From: Antedon mediterranea
Lineage: Eukaryota > Animalia > Echinodermata
Length of the DNA: 64,000 bases
Assembly (NCBI RefSeq): GCF_964355755.1
Contig: NC_092671.1
Coordinates: 38,822,304-38,886,303, forward strand
Direction: 5' to 3'
In this document: positions 25,901 to 38,500 of the stretch, piece after piece
Numbering within the stretch: position 1 is the stretch's first letter
Layout: the number at the start of each line of letters is the position of its first letter
The notes under the pieces: generated by a model
What the model was told of the DNA's origin: nothing
What the model saw: only the letters and a program-made list of their open reading frames with translations
The model's database searches: none
Position numbers and translations under genes: made by a program

Positions 25901-27458
25901 GGGTGGCAGATAGGGAGGTGGAATATGGAATGGTTTACTATTAGTATTAGAATTAAGCGCTTTACCATCTGCTGTAGAGCAACTGCTGCTAACGTTAGTT
26001 CTTGTGTTAGAATTTGAATTTTCCTGAAACGTTCTAAATGGGGGTAAAGTTTCAAGCTGAACTGCCGAGAAAGGTAAACATTTTGGTGGTTGTTTTAATT
26101 TTTTCGCTCGCTCTAAAATCTGTTTTTGCCTTTGTAAATGCAGACGGACTTTATTCTGTTCCAGTTTATCATAAAAATTGTCCCGAGTTTTGCTTTGTCC
26201 AAGCGATTTACTAATTTTCGATTTTGACTTTGGTTTGCTCTGAGTGTCCGAGCTACTGCCAGCATGATTATCAACATGATGGTCAATTATTTTCTTTGGA
26301 GGAAGCGAAAGAAGATGCGCTACGATTGAGTTAACGTGAGAAGCCGCTTCTGGCGATGAGAAATTGTTAATTTTTTCCTCCTGCATCTTTTGTTGGTTAA
26401 TGATGCTTTCAATAAGGTCCATGTCGCCAATGTTGCTGGCAACTGAGTTGTTGAGAAAAGAGGGTAATTCATCTTTTGTATCCTTATTGTCTCCATGTTT
26501 ACTATTTGATTCTGTATTTTTCTTTTGTTTTATTCGTTTTGGTACAAGTCCCAAAACTTGCATGTGACTGTTGCAGTATCTGCAGAAATTAAATAAAACC
26601 AAATCAAAATCAAATCAATGATTGCTGATTACAATAATACGTTATTTCATTTGTAACAACATCACAAACATGAATGCATGTAATCTCATTCTCTAATCAT
26701 TGTATGGAACAATCACAAACAAACACACATTACAGGTACTGTAGTAGGACATTTCATTTTTTGACATCATCACAAAAAAGATACCAACCTCTCTATGAGC
26801 ATACAAATACCGTATGTTTACTCCATCCCTTATTCATTGTACAGTACAATGAATAGGAGTGTACATACAGATGGTTCACAAATGCATGTTTTTTTCACAT
26901 ATTTGTAAAATCAGTGACACTTTATACACTGAAAATGGCAGTGTATTTCGTCTGTCATTCGTCACCATATTTACCTGCAGTACAAAAGGGAGGTCCAACC
27001 CACATTTCCACTTTAAATCTCTGTCTACACCATCAAACTTTATGTGACATGATGTGATATGGACATGATGATGTCATATCACTACCATAGTTGGGCATAT
27101 CACCATCATATTTGGGCACATCACACTTTTTTTGTCAAACTAGTTTGATAGTGTAGACAGAGCTTTAGGATGGGATTCATATGTAGCCATACACCAAACA
27201 TATAAAAGGTATAAAATAAAGCATTAAGGCAATAACTCACTTTCTTTCTTGGTCTTCTGGTATAGGATTAGTGCATCGTAAATTGTTGTATTTGGCGACA
27301 AATTCACATTGCTTGAATGGCGCAGACTTGTCTTCTAACACATGGCGTATGCAAAAGGCAAAGCCCTTTAATCGTCTTTGTTTACATAATTTGTTACTGT
27401 ATGAGCAGAGTGGCTTGTTGTCAACGTCGGAATAGTGTATGTGCTTTCCCTCATACAT
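20000..27458 (-). CDS. INO80D: INO80 complex subunit D (two C3Hc3H-type zinc-finger regions), ~990 aa
   Basis: N-terminus MYEGKHIHYSDVDNKPLCSYSNKLCKQRRLKGFAFCIRHVLEDKSAPFKQC is near-identical to vertebrate INO80D. Exons 27458-27241, 26579-25765, 24923-24824, 24057-23848, 23374-23268, 22906-22773, 22158-22032 (RKKTKPSALT), 21623-21357, 20994-20000 (GKNGDFLPTTEEQEELERAL); total 2973 nt, phases all consistent. Confidence 0.95.
21024..21300 (-). mobile_element. Diverged SINE sharing the family 1 central domain
   Basis: Minus strand agtcttctccgatgaggacttaaaac...catgtgcacttcaaagaaccc...agtaggggg. Confidence 0.6.
22200..22375 (-). mobile_element. SINE family 1, 5'-truncated copy
   Basis: Reverse complement of the 3' half of the 2454 copy. 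Confidence 0.85.
22495..22710 (-). mobile_element. tRNA-derived SINE, family 2
   Basis: Minus strand A box TAGCTTGGTGG, B box GGTTCAATCC; body shared with the copy at ~48218-48395 (+). Confidence 0.7.
22907..23267 (-). other. U12-type (minor spliceosome) GT-AG intron in INO80D
   Basis: Donor GTATCCTTTT (U12 consensus RTATCCTT); branch-point-like ACCTTATAC ~12-20 nt before AG; no polypyrimidine tract; splits His codon C|AT in frame. Confidence 0.85.
27015..27163 (+). mobile_element. MITE family A copy
   Basis: TIRs, internal 20-bp unit duplicated. Confidence 0.85.
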
Positions 27459-27549
27459 TACTCTCTAAAGGAGCACCACCATTAGCTAAAGAAGAACAAA
27501 CAAATTTTTCTAATTATCAGTAAAAAACACAAGTTAATATCAAAGCTAA

Positions 27550-27800
27550 TGCACTTTTCAATTGTATGACCCACTAAACAACCCCTGGGAGAGGTGCGTC
27601 ATGGGTGTGTCATTTACAAATAATTACTGATGCAGGGGTGCATCAACAAACCTAGATGGTACGTCATATCAATGAACAATGGTGTGTCATGGTCACCTAA
27701 AGCTAAGTCACATTTTTTACGCACGGTCAGTGCTTCATGGTATTCATAAGGTATGACGCACCTCTATAATGTATAGTGGGTCATACAATTGACAAGTGCA
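27550..27800 (+). mobile_element. MITE family B (TAA target duplication)
   Basis: TIR tgcacttttcaattgtatgacccacta / tagtgggtcatacaattgacaagtgca flanked by TAA; homologous to 15112-15599. Confidence 0.8.
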
Positions 27801-29139
27801 TAATTTACCAGAAATTCTACAAATTGCACTTCTCATATCCTTGGTGCTTTTATTAGGTTTAAAGTACTGTATCTTGGTGTGTAGAAGAAAATTGCCAAAT
27901 TTAAGTGGCCCGTAAATGGCACACCACAGGTGCGTTTTAGATGTGTACAGGTAAGTGATCGCACTTCCACGTCTAAAAAAAGGCCCGATTTAGCATTTAA
28001 TAATGATAATTCATTTACAGTACCAGAATTTACAGAATTCCAAACAGGACGTATCATTAATCTTGTTTCAAAATGTTAATTTAAATCAGATTCCCATATC
28101 TATTTTATGAATTCATCTCAAGGGCCATTGGATCAAGTAAAAATAATTATTTTATGCATATTTTTAAAAATTTCTTGGTGTAATATCGACTGGAAACGCT
28201 CCAAATGTTCTAATACAGTAGTTAGGTTAAGGTTTTCACTAGGCCTAGACCTTGGGTGAGCACTCAAATTTAAGGGTATTTAAATTTCTTTGTTTTGGTT
28301 CAACAAAAACCTAACAAATTCAAGAATTGATGAAAACATAAATTATTTCATAAAAACTGATTTTTAATTAAAAAGATGCAAAATGCATACTCTGCAGTTT
28401 ATTTATAAAATGTAGGCATAAAATAGAAATATATGCTACCTAGTAACTACCACTGAAGCTACAGTATAATTATGTAATTATATAACATATTATATTTTAT
28501 TAATATTTGTATTAGGTATTTAATGAAAGTTAACCAGTTTTTCTATTACTCTGTATTATTTTTTTATCCAAAAAAGCTTCTGCTGCATGTTGCTTAACAA
28601 CAAATTGTATCTGCCAAATTGCGAGATAAATGTATCTAACATAATGTATTGTCACAAAATAATCCTGGTTATTTAAAGAACTAAATTTGTCAGTCCTATA
28701 AGAAATTGTGTACTAAGAAGTTTGAATTCAGTTTTATTAAAACACACCCTTTTAGGCCCTACAGTATCCTACAAAACAACACACGACGATCAAAAATCTA
28801 ACTCCCGCGGTCAAAGACCGCGTCGAGGAGGGCGGGCCTCACGAATTATGTTGCTTCGATTTTGAGTCGATCGTGAAAGAAGGCCTGATGATTTTGTCTT
28901 ATTTTATGTTTTTTTAATACCTACTAATCTAAATATCAACAAATATAGTTTCTTGAATCATCTATCAAACAAAATATACATAATGTGTTTTATAAGATTT
29001 AATAAATTACCCATAAAAGAGAATTTAAAAAACAAACAATTTACAAAAATATTCAAACCTGAAAACATTCGTAAAGTATATTTTTCTACAAAGTAATTAC
29101 ATTTTCCAAAAATATAAATCCATTAACCTATGCCAGAAT

Positions 29140-29600
29140 CACCTACCGTATTATGATTATTTGAATTCTCAAATATTAACGCAAAATTCGAAAGGGAAAT
29201 GATCCCATGAAATCCATATCAAAGATGGCTGCCGTTTTGCGTGATAAAAGGTTATTGCTGTTCCTACGCCCCGTTTTCTCTAGCGGTGTGTGACAACCGC
29301 ATGGCCTTTATCGGCAGCGCGCTGAAGCCGCCCTACCACGGTGTGTTTAGGCTTTAGGAATAACAAAATGACTAATCGACCTAATTGTTTTTCATTAAAT
29401 CGTCTAAATAATATGATGTTAGTGCTGTTCCTAGCTAATTTCTCTTTCATCATACATTAAACTATATTCAGTACAGTCGAAATAAAGTAGTTCGAAGGCA
29501 TGAGCGAGCAAACTCGACATTGCCCAAAGCAGCTGGTTTTACAACGCGGGAAGGCGTGCCATTTTGAAAGCATATGAGAGGGAGAGTACCATATAGTTTA
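29140..29600. promoter_or_regulatory. Probable INO80D promoter / non-coding first exon
   Basis: Locally CpG-rich; YY1-like AAGATGGCTGC at ~29222 and GCCATTTT at ~29558 in opposite orientations; GTAGGT donor on minus strand at ~29146. Confidence 0.45.
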
Positions 29601-31071
29601 CATCAAATTATTATTATTTATACGCATTAAATATGCTTTTCGTTACAGTAAATGTGTTTTTAGATATATTTTCCTTGGTATGCTATAATGGAAAATGAAT
29701 TTGGCAGCACAGACTCTTCAAAATACATCATTTAAAATCGCTAAGCCATACTTGAATCGTTCGAACTTGTTTGGACGAGAACACCGACGAAGTCAGCGGT
29801 ACCTTTGCACATTGTTTTACACTGTATACCCGTACCATATACATGTTAGTCTTTCATAACTGAAGTATTATTCTATATTATGACATACTCTAAAATTATA
29901 TTTTTAATATTGTATTTTATTAATTAGTTATTGAGTGATAAATTATGTTGTTTTGGTTTTGTACAGTGTTTATTTGACAGTACGATCCCTGTATTTGTAT
30001 TCAGCCAATAGAAGCATTCTTTAGATACTTGTAATTTTCAATCGGCCAATTGTAAAGAGGGTCTTATATGTGTGAATGGATCCCATTGGATATTGGTTTA
30101 AAGACCTCTAACCGAAGCCATGTGATTATACTACTAGTGTATACAAACTTACGTTTGGCATTGACAGATAGATTATCCAATTGTTTTCTTCGTTTCCTCT
30201 CAGTGATATCTCATTTGCATGCGTTTCACTATTTTTTTTTCTACCAAAATCTTTTATAAATACATAATATAATAAACCGTCTTATAAATAAACGTAGTGG
30301 TCTATGTATTTTTCATGCTTGATGTAAAAGAAAAATTTAAAAAACAACTTTTTTTGCCATTGAACGTGATGTTTATTTAATCCAGTTATTTTTCCAGTGT
30401 GCCCATGTTGAAAATTACTGAGAAACAGTTATTTTTGTAGGAATTATCAGTTTATAAGCTTTGAATTTTCATATTGTTATTCACCATCAAACATAAAAGA
30501 TAAAAGATATTTTACACTGATAGTTAAGGCCTAGTAGAATTTTAGTATTTTATTTTCTATATTGTAGGTTGTTTATTGTGGGTTGGAATTACATTGAGAT
30601 TATAAATGAATATCAAATTTCAATTGAAAAAAAAATAAAATTATTTCACCAAGAAGTAATTAAGTTGATGGCAATTTTGCACCGTGAGAAACAAAGTAAT
30701 ATTAATGTCAGCATGTATTGCATCATGCCACTCGAATTGTGATAGCTTCCTTAAACTACCCCAATTTCAGTGTATAGATTTACAAACTTTAAAGCAGTTG
30801 GTTGAACTTTGTGTCATGTGTTGTGCGCTTGCAAGCAAATATTTGTATGTTTTTAATTTGATTTTGGAAAATTGATTGATTGATATGAAAAAAAAACACA
30901 AAGGAAACAATTGCAATTTTTTAAACTCAGGTCTAAAAATAACCATAATTATAGGTCATTGCACTTTATTCAAAGATTTAACATTTTAATTTGAACCAAA
31001 TATTTGAAACAAAATATATTATAAAAGTATTCATTTTAAATATCTGCACCTTTTGCACATTTTAATATTAA

Positions 31072-31384
31072 AGATGTATTGTCCCCCAAAACCATGAAAA
31101 ATGAAGATTAATAAAATCAGACTTTAAATAGGCCATTTTGCAGTTTTAATACAGTTATTCACTTCTGTAATAAAAAAAACCCAAAAATAATTATTTCACT
31201 TATAAACAGACAAAATAAACGTGTAATTTCAACCAAAAACCAGAATTTTTTTCTTTATATTACATTTTATTCAGTTATAATAATTTGTTTTTTTTTATCT
31301 ATTTTTTGGTCAAAGTGAATAACTATTATGTAAAATTAAAATGGCATATTAAAAAAAAAATGTTTTTAGGAGGACAATATATCT
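31072..31384 (+). mobile_element. TTAA-flanked MITE family C (Kolobok-like AG..CT ends)
   Basis: TTAA-AGATGTATTGTCC ... GGACAATATATCT-TTAA; other copies ~16585-16855 (-), 32733-33176 (rearranged), 38100-38402, ~53100-53600. Confidence 0.8.
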
Positions 31385-32546
31385 TTAATAATTAATAACA
31401 AAAATGGATAAAAAATGAAAATTGTAAAATACTGTAATCTACAATGGTATCAAAAACATTATCGAAACAATTTATAGGAAGAAAAATTAAAAAGTAACCT
31501 TTATCATATTGTACTTTGCATAACAAATATCCCCCTCCTCAAAAAAAAAATTAAATTAATAATTTGGATTATACTTATTAGTTATTCTAAAGCCTTGTGT
31601 ATAATATCAAACTTTATGCGACAACAAAATATGATGTGCCCATACATGGACATGATGTCATATCACTACCATATTTAAGAATCACTACCATATTTGGGCA
31701 CATCACACTTTTTTTGTCAAACTAGTTGGATAGTGTAGACACTACAGATCTTAATAGTAATATATTTAATAATATATTGTGGCAAGAATTATAAAACATC
31801 TCAGAGACATATATAATAATATATGTCTGAACATACTATTAATAAAATAAGACGTAATTACTGTATGTAAATAATTAAAAATAAAAATTTTACTAATCTA
31901 TAAAACAAAATCAGTAATTTGTAATAAAATATTAATTATGTATGTACTACTGTACTACTCGGTAATTAATATTATGTTGTACCCAGGGCCAAAAGGAGAG
32001 CAGTGTCTTTGACAGACTGGACCATGTATCTGGTATTGTGCATAAATACAAAGGAGAGAACATTCAATTAAATTTTATATCATTTATGTACATTAGGTAT
32101 CAAATTGCTGGAATTACAAAATATGATATGAAAACAAATCAATCCATTGTCACATCAGTAAACCATTTTAAAAGACAAACATTCATCATTAAATTACATT
32201 GTAAACAATTTTTAGTGTGCTGCCCATAAACATGATTGAGGTCAGACATTAAGGTCAAATATTGAGGTCAAATATTGAGGTCAAATATCGCCAAAGTTAT
32301 ATTTATTGTAGCAATCCGTTTCAAAGTAAACACAGCACTCAAAAACATTTAACATTTTAGCATTATTCATGTGCCGCTGATACAAAACCATTTGTTTAAA
32401 TTTATTGGTTACAAAGCCTAGGAAGAAATAAATGTATATTTTTGGAAAGAAACGCATAGAATACACAGATAAACGTCCCTAAAACTAAATTACAAAGAAA
32501 ATGCACCCAAATTAGGAATAGTTTTTATTTATAGGATAATTTTAAT

Positions 32547-35500
32547 CTACTTGTCCGTTGGTAGGTTAAAATGCCAGCCTAACACTTGTCTATCAAATCC
32601 ACATGTAAACAGGTTTATGTTAGATGTTTCCTCATTCCAAGCTGTACAAGACACCATACGGTGATGACCCTACAGTGGACAAAAGCATACAATATATATT
32701 AACAAATTTATTATAGAGGGTAATCATCTTAAAGATGTATTGTTATGAAAAATAAATATTTATATCAGACTCTGAATAGGCCATTTTGCAGTGTTAATGA
32801 AATTATTCACTTCTGTAAGAAAAAAAATTAAAAATTAATTATTTCACTTATAAAAAGACAAACAAAATGTTTAAAGATGTATTTTCTCAATCCAGTTTTT
32901 GGTCAAATAAAAGTGAATAACTATTATATGACATTATAATGGCATATTAAAAAAAAAAAAAATTGAGGGGGGACAATATATCTTTATTGTTAACCAAAGA
33001 CCATTGTCTGACAGATAATTTGACTTTTTTTTGCTTTAAATTACAGTTTCTTGGGTAAATATTTTTTTTTTTCGATTCAATTTTTGGTCAAAGTGAATAA
33101 TTATTCCACGACATTAAAATGGCATAATCAACAAAAATATTTTTAAATAATCTATTTTCAGGGGGACAATATATCTTTAAACTTTATTTATGGAAGGTAA
33201 TTCTCTAGAATGTGCTTTTATAGTTTGAATATGATTGAACTCTGTATGGGAACAACATTAACCTCTAAGGTTATGCACGCCATAATGCGATATTATACTT
33301 GTACCTGTCTATTACTTCTTGGTAATCGTCCAATCCTTACGCCGTTTAAATCGTACAATCGGATGTGTCGGTTGTCATGGGGAATTGCTATCACATGACT
33401 CGTAGGTGAAATTGATAATCTAAGAAAAAACGTGAAATAAAAAATAAATACAATTTGTACACACACTTTGTACTTTGATACTTAATGTAGAAGATCTGAG
33501 TTAGAAGCAAAGAGGTTATATTAATTGGCTAGAGAGTGAACTCCAATGCACAATCACAGCATAAAAAGCAATTTATCTCTCTAGAATTTTTAATTATCAT
33601 CTCTATGAGTACTTACTTATTGACAAGCAAAGACGTTATAAAATTGGCTAGAGAGTGAACTCCAATGTACAATACAATACCTCTCTAGAATTTTAATTAT
33701 ACCTCTATGGTGAGTACTTACTTATTGACAGCAGAGTCTGTTCTTATCATGGCAATTGGTGTCCTCATATTTTTCAAATCCCACACTTTTACAGATCTAT
33801 CATCTGATCCACTTACTACTTTATCATTTGGAGCAAACGATGCTGAAGTAACAGCGCTGAACAGAAACAAGCATTTTATTATTTTTAGCAATATGCTTAA
33901 TAGGTCTAAAAGTTTTAATTATCAAAGCAATGGAATGTCTTAAGCTCTGTCTGTAATATCAAACTTTATGTGACAAAAAAATGTGATATGCCTATATATG
34001 GACATGATGATATCATATCACTACCATATTCCATATTGAACTATTTCAATTAATGACTGAATTTATGGCAAAAGTAAATTTATTAATAAATTCAAATAAA
34101 ACCCACTCTGTATGGCCTTGGAACACGTTGACAGAGTGAATGCTGCGATCTCTAAAGTCCCACAATCGGAATGTTGTGTCCGTTGACGAGGTAACGACCA
34201 GTCTCTGACTTGGATGAGTTGAACAATGAGTGAGGTCTTGATCATGGCCTGAAAACAATCATTTAATAACAAATCTGTAAATAAAAAAACTGGAAACTTG
34301 CAAGTGGTCGAGCGGTTAAGACAGTGGAAACGTAATTACATAGCCAAAACATCGGAGAGGGTTCGAGGCTCACTCGCTTCATGGTTCTTGTGGTAGAACG
34401 AGTCTTCTCTGATAGGTCCAGCTCATGTGCACTTTTAAGAACCTAGTAGATCTTTCGAGACAAGTAGGGAGTTACTCCGGTGTACAAATACATCACAGCC
34501 ACTGATCATAACTGAGGAGGCCACCCAGTATAAATAAACAATAAAAAATAACAAATAATAACTCAAAAAATTTAACTTTTCTTGAGGTTCAAACGATTTT
34601 AACATTTACCTGTTAGTGATTGTATTGTGGTTGATTTTTCAACATCATAAATATTAGCTGACCTATCCCATGATGCAGTTACGATCTGTTTGCCTCCCGC
34701 TATCCAGTCCGCTGCAATGACAACCCCAGTGTGCTCTCCGATGACACACTGCGCTGTCTTTACATATATGATGTTCTCACTGTCACCTAAAATATGAAAT
34801 TATTCACATTATTTACTTCCAACAGCGGTCAAATGGAGACGGGAAAACGAAACATTTAATATTACAGCCTGGTTCATGTGAAATGCCTCGATCTTCATCT
34901 TCAGGTACTGTAGTACAGTACCTATATATACCTACTTACTGCAGTAGTAATAAGAAAGAGGCAAGCATCAATTAAAGGTACAGTATAAAACTGCTGTGCA
35001 TTTTTTTAATTCTTTATATTGGGTATCCTCTTTAGTAAAAATAACTCAGAGGGCCCAGCCCAAAATCACAGTAAAATTACAAAATGATTTAAAACAAACA
35101 ACAATACAAAAACAATAAAACAAAGAATAAAATACCACCCCACCCACCTCACATTCTAAATAATTATTATAACATGACCAGAAGAAAACCAATTGAATAT
35201 AAATAAAGTCCATCAAAATCATAAGTTGTTGCGGAATAATAACATACCATCTTGGTCTTCTTTATCTGACCCATCCAGGTCATCTCCACTCGATGGATTT
35301 GACCTCTGTAAACAAATGTGTTATTATTATTCTTTATTCACCAATGGCAGATTGGAGAAAAGAAAAATTGCTTTTGCTAATCAAGGGTTTGTCCCATACT
35401 AATAAATACATTGTATACAGAACAATGGCAATAGAAATACTTTTTAAATTTTTGTAAGGGCATGTGGCGCAGTGTGTTGGACGTTCGACTACCGATCGTG

Positions 35501-38500
35501 AAATTCGAGGGTTTGAATCCAACTCTCTCTCCATTGCTTGTATCCCTTAGGCAAGACACTTTACTTACGTTTGCCTCTCTCCAGCCAGGTGTATAAATGG
35601 GAACCTGGTTAGATCAAGACACAACTTTGTCTTACTTAGATTACTAGCTGCATTATGGGAGTATGTTTCCATATGTGTTTGATCCCAAAAAATGACTGGG
35701 GTAATAATGTTCAGCGCTTAGAGGTTTCATAACACTAGGCGCTATATAAATCCAAGATATTATATTATTATTAATACATAGCAATGAAATGAACATAATA
35801 AATAAAGGTAACATGAGAGAACTAGAACACCTAGTTCATAGAAAAAATGATTACTTGGGTATATTTACATTTCCTTCTGATATTTGAGATGCAACAGGTA
35901 GGCTAACTGTAGACTTCCATACATGAGCTGTGCTATCACCAGAAGCTATAAACAAAAGGAGATCAGCATGTGCTGAATTTATACTTGTTTTTTTGTTTTT
36001 GTTTGTATCTGTTTTTGTATCTCAGAGCATGGACCTATAAATAATTTATAGGTCCATGCTCAGAGCAAACATAATTGATTTGTTTATTTTATATGCAAAT
36101 GAATATAAATTAAAATAAAGTATAATTAAATTTTCCACTGATGAATGAATTAATATTTTAAACAACAGAAGAAGCACAGCCAATAACTAAAATGCAATAT
36201 TTAGCATAATGTAGTAGAGATAGCACTCTACAGTATATCTCCAAAACTTGGTATGCTTCTCATGTACTATTCATTTTTGGTGCTTCTGGGACAATATGTC
36301 ATCTGTTATACTTACAAACTACTTCTTAAGAAAAAGATTAACCCCAGATTAATTAATTAACTTCTAAATTAGGTCTGAGCAGTGATACTGTTGTTGGTCA
36401 AACACTGGACACAGCTGACCACTAATGATATCTATATTGACCACCTACGTACCTGTTAGGACAAGTGGTTCTTTAGGATGAAACCGTATTGAATTTACAG
36501 ATCCACTATGGCCAACATATTGCAACAAACATGTTCCCGTTTCTATACTCCACAGGCGAGCTGACCGATCTAATAGGAAATATTAATATAGACATTTTTT
36601 ATACAGTACTATATATATATGTAGTTTTAAAATTATTATACAAAAAAAGTGTAAAGACACCAAAGATAATAATTGTATTGTCAGTAAGTCAGTTTTCATT
36701 ATATATTTCATTCGTATATTTGTTCAATTTATAACTGCAATACACTGCAAGAATATTAAATTGATATGGATGAGGTAATTTAAATTAAAAATAATGTTTT
36801 CTATTCTGTTTACACGTCTGTAATAAAATGAACAAATTAATGTGTTTTATTCTATAGATGTTTATATTCAAACAATTTAATGAAATATAAAAAAAAGAAG
36901 AAACCTAAACTACCTACCGGCCGAGGCTGTTCCAAGAACTGGATTCTCCCCCTTTGACACGCTCACCTCCCATACCCCATCTTGGTGACCTTTGTATGAC
37001 CTTACAAGTTGACCTAATGACGTACTACTTGGACCTTTGAAGCTAAATACATTCTACAAACAAGAATATATTTATCAAAATTTATTCCAAAACTCACATA
37101 TTATTTCAACAATTTCATAACAAGTTTAATCCTAAATTCATACATACTGTTACTATTAATAAACAACAACAAAAAAAGAATTAGAAATGGTTTAATCTAG
37201 TGATTTTTAATCTGGTTTCTATGGTGATATCTAGGTCAGTAGCATAACAGGTGATTTACAAGTTTAGTTACCTTTCCAGACGCAACCCTCGATTTAGGAC
37301 GAATTAATTGACTAATCTGATTGGATGCTGAAAAATATAAAATAAGAACATTGTTGAACACAACACACAAACATTTGAATAACAACATTTAACTTTGGAC
37401 CTAAATTATTAATCTATCAATCAGACCTGCCAACACTACAGGCTAATATTTAATAATGTTACTGCATGAATGACAACACCTACTTAAAGTGTATCAATCA
37501 AAGATTTAATTTAACAGTCTAGAATAAATCATTAAATTTTAATATAATTTGGCATTTACCATTGATTTCAATAACAAAATTTAATCAGAACCTAAACATT
37601 CAATATGTAATTTATAATTTAACATGTTGTAATAGAATACACTACGCAACAGATTGCATGTTAGTGCTATCAAAATTAATATCATGAAAATCAATACAGC
37701 GTTATAATGTAATATTAATAAATATATTATGTACACAAACAATTTTTATTATAAACATGTAGAAATTGTCCTACACAAGAAATCGATTAGAGAATGAAAT
37801 ATATGAGCTAGGTCAGTCAGTGATCCACTATTGCTACAATCAATCAAAATGTATTAAATATAATATTTAGGAGACACGATTATAATAAAAACAAGTTTAA
37901 TTGTTAGTACAGACTATTGAAATGTTTACATAGTTGGCCATTGTGTATGCAATTTGTTTCTGTAAACTTTAGAGAGATAACAATAACTTAACATCATGTG
38001 AGTTTATGATGTTTCAGATACTGGGACCAGTATGCTGTTTGCATACTATTAATATTTAAACAATCAAATCAAATTAATTATAAAATATAAATAATTATTT
38101 AAAAATATTGTCCCCCAAAAACATGAAAAATGAAGATTAATAAATCAGCAGTTTTAATAAAGTTATTCACTTCTGTAAAAAAAAAACCCCACAAATAATT
38201 ATTTCACAGTTTATAAAAAGACAAACGGTTAATATTAACCAAAAACCATTATTTTTTGCTTTAAAATTAAATTTACATTTTTTTAGGTAAATTTCTTTTC
38301 CATCCACTTTTTGGTCAAAGTGAATAACTATTATGTGACATTAAAATGACTTATTCAACAAAAAGTTTAAAAAAAATTATTTTTCAGGGGGACAATATAT
38401 CTTTAATCATTTTTTTCAGTAATTTTCCTTTTGGATTTAATAATTAAAAATATATATACTGTATATGGATTTTGGTTAAAGTGTTTGATATTTCTTCTGT

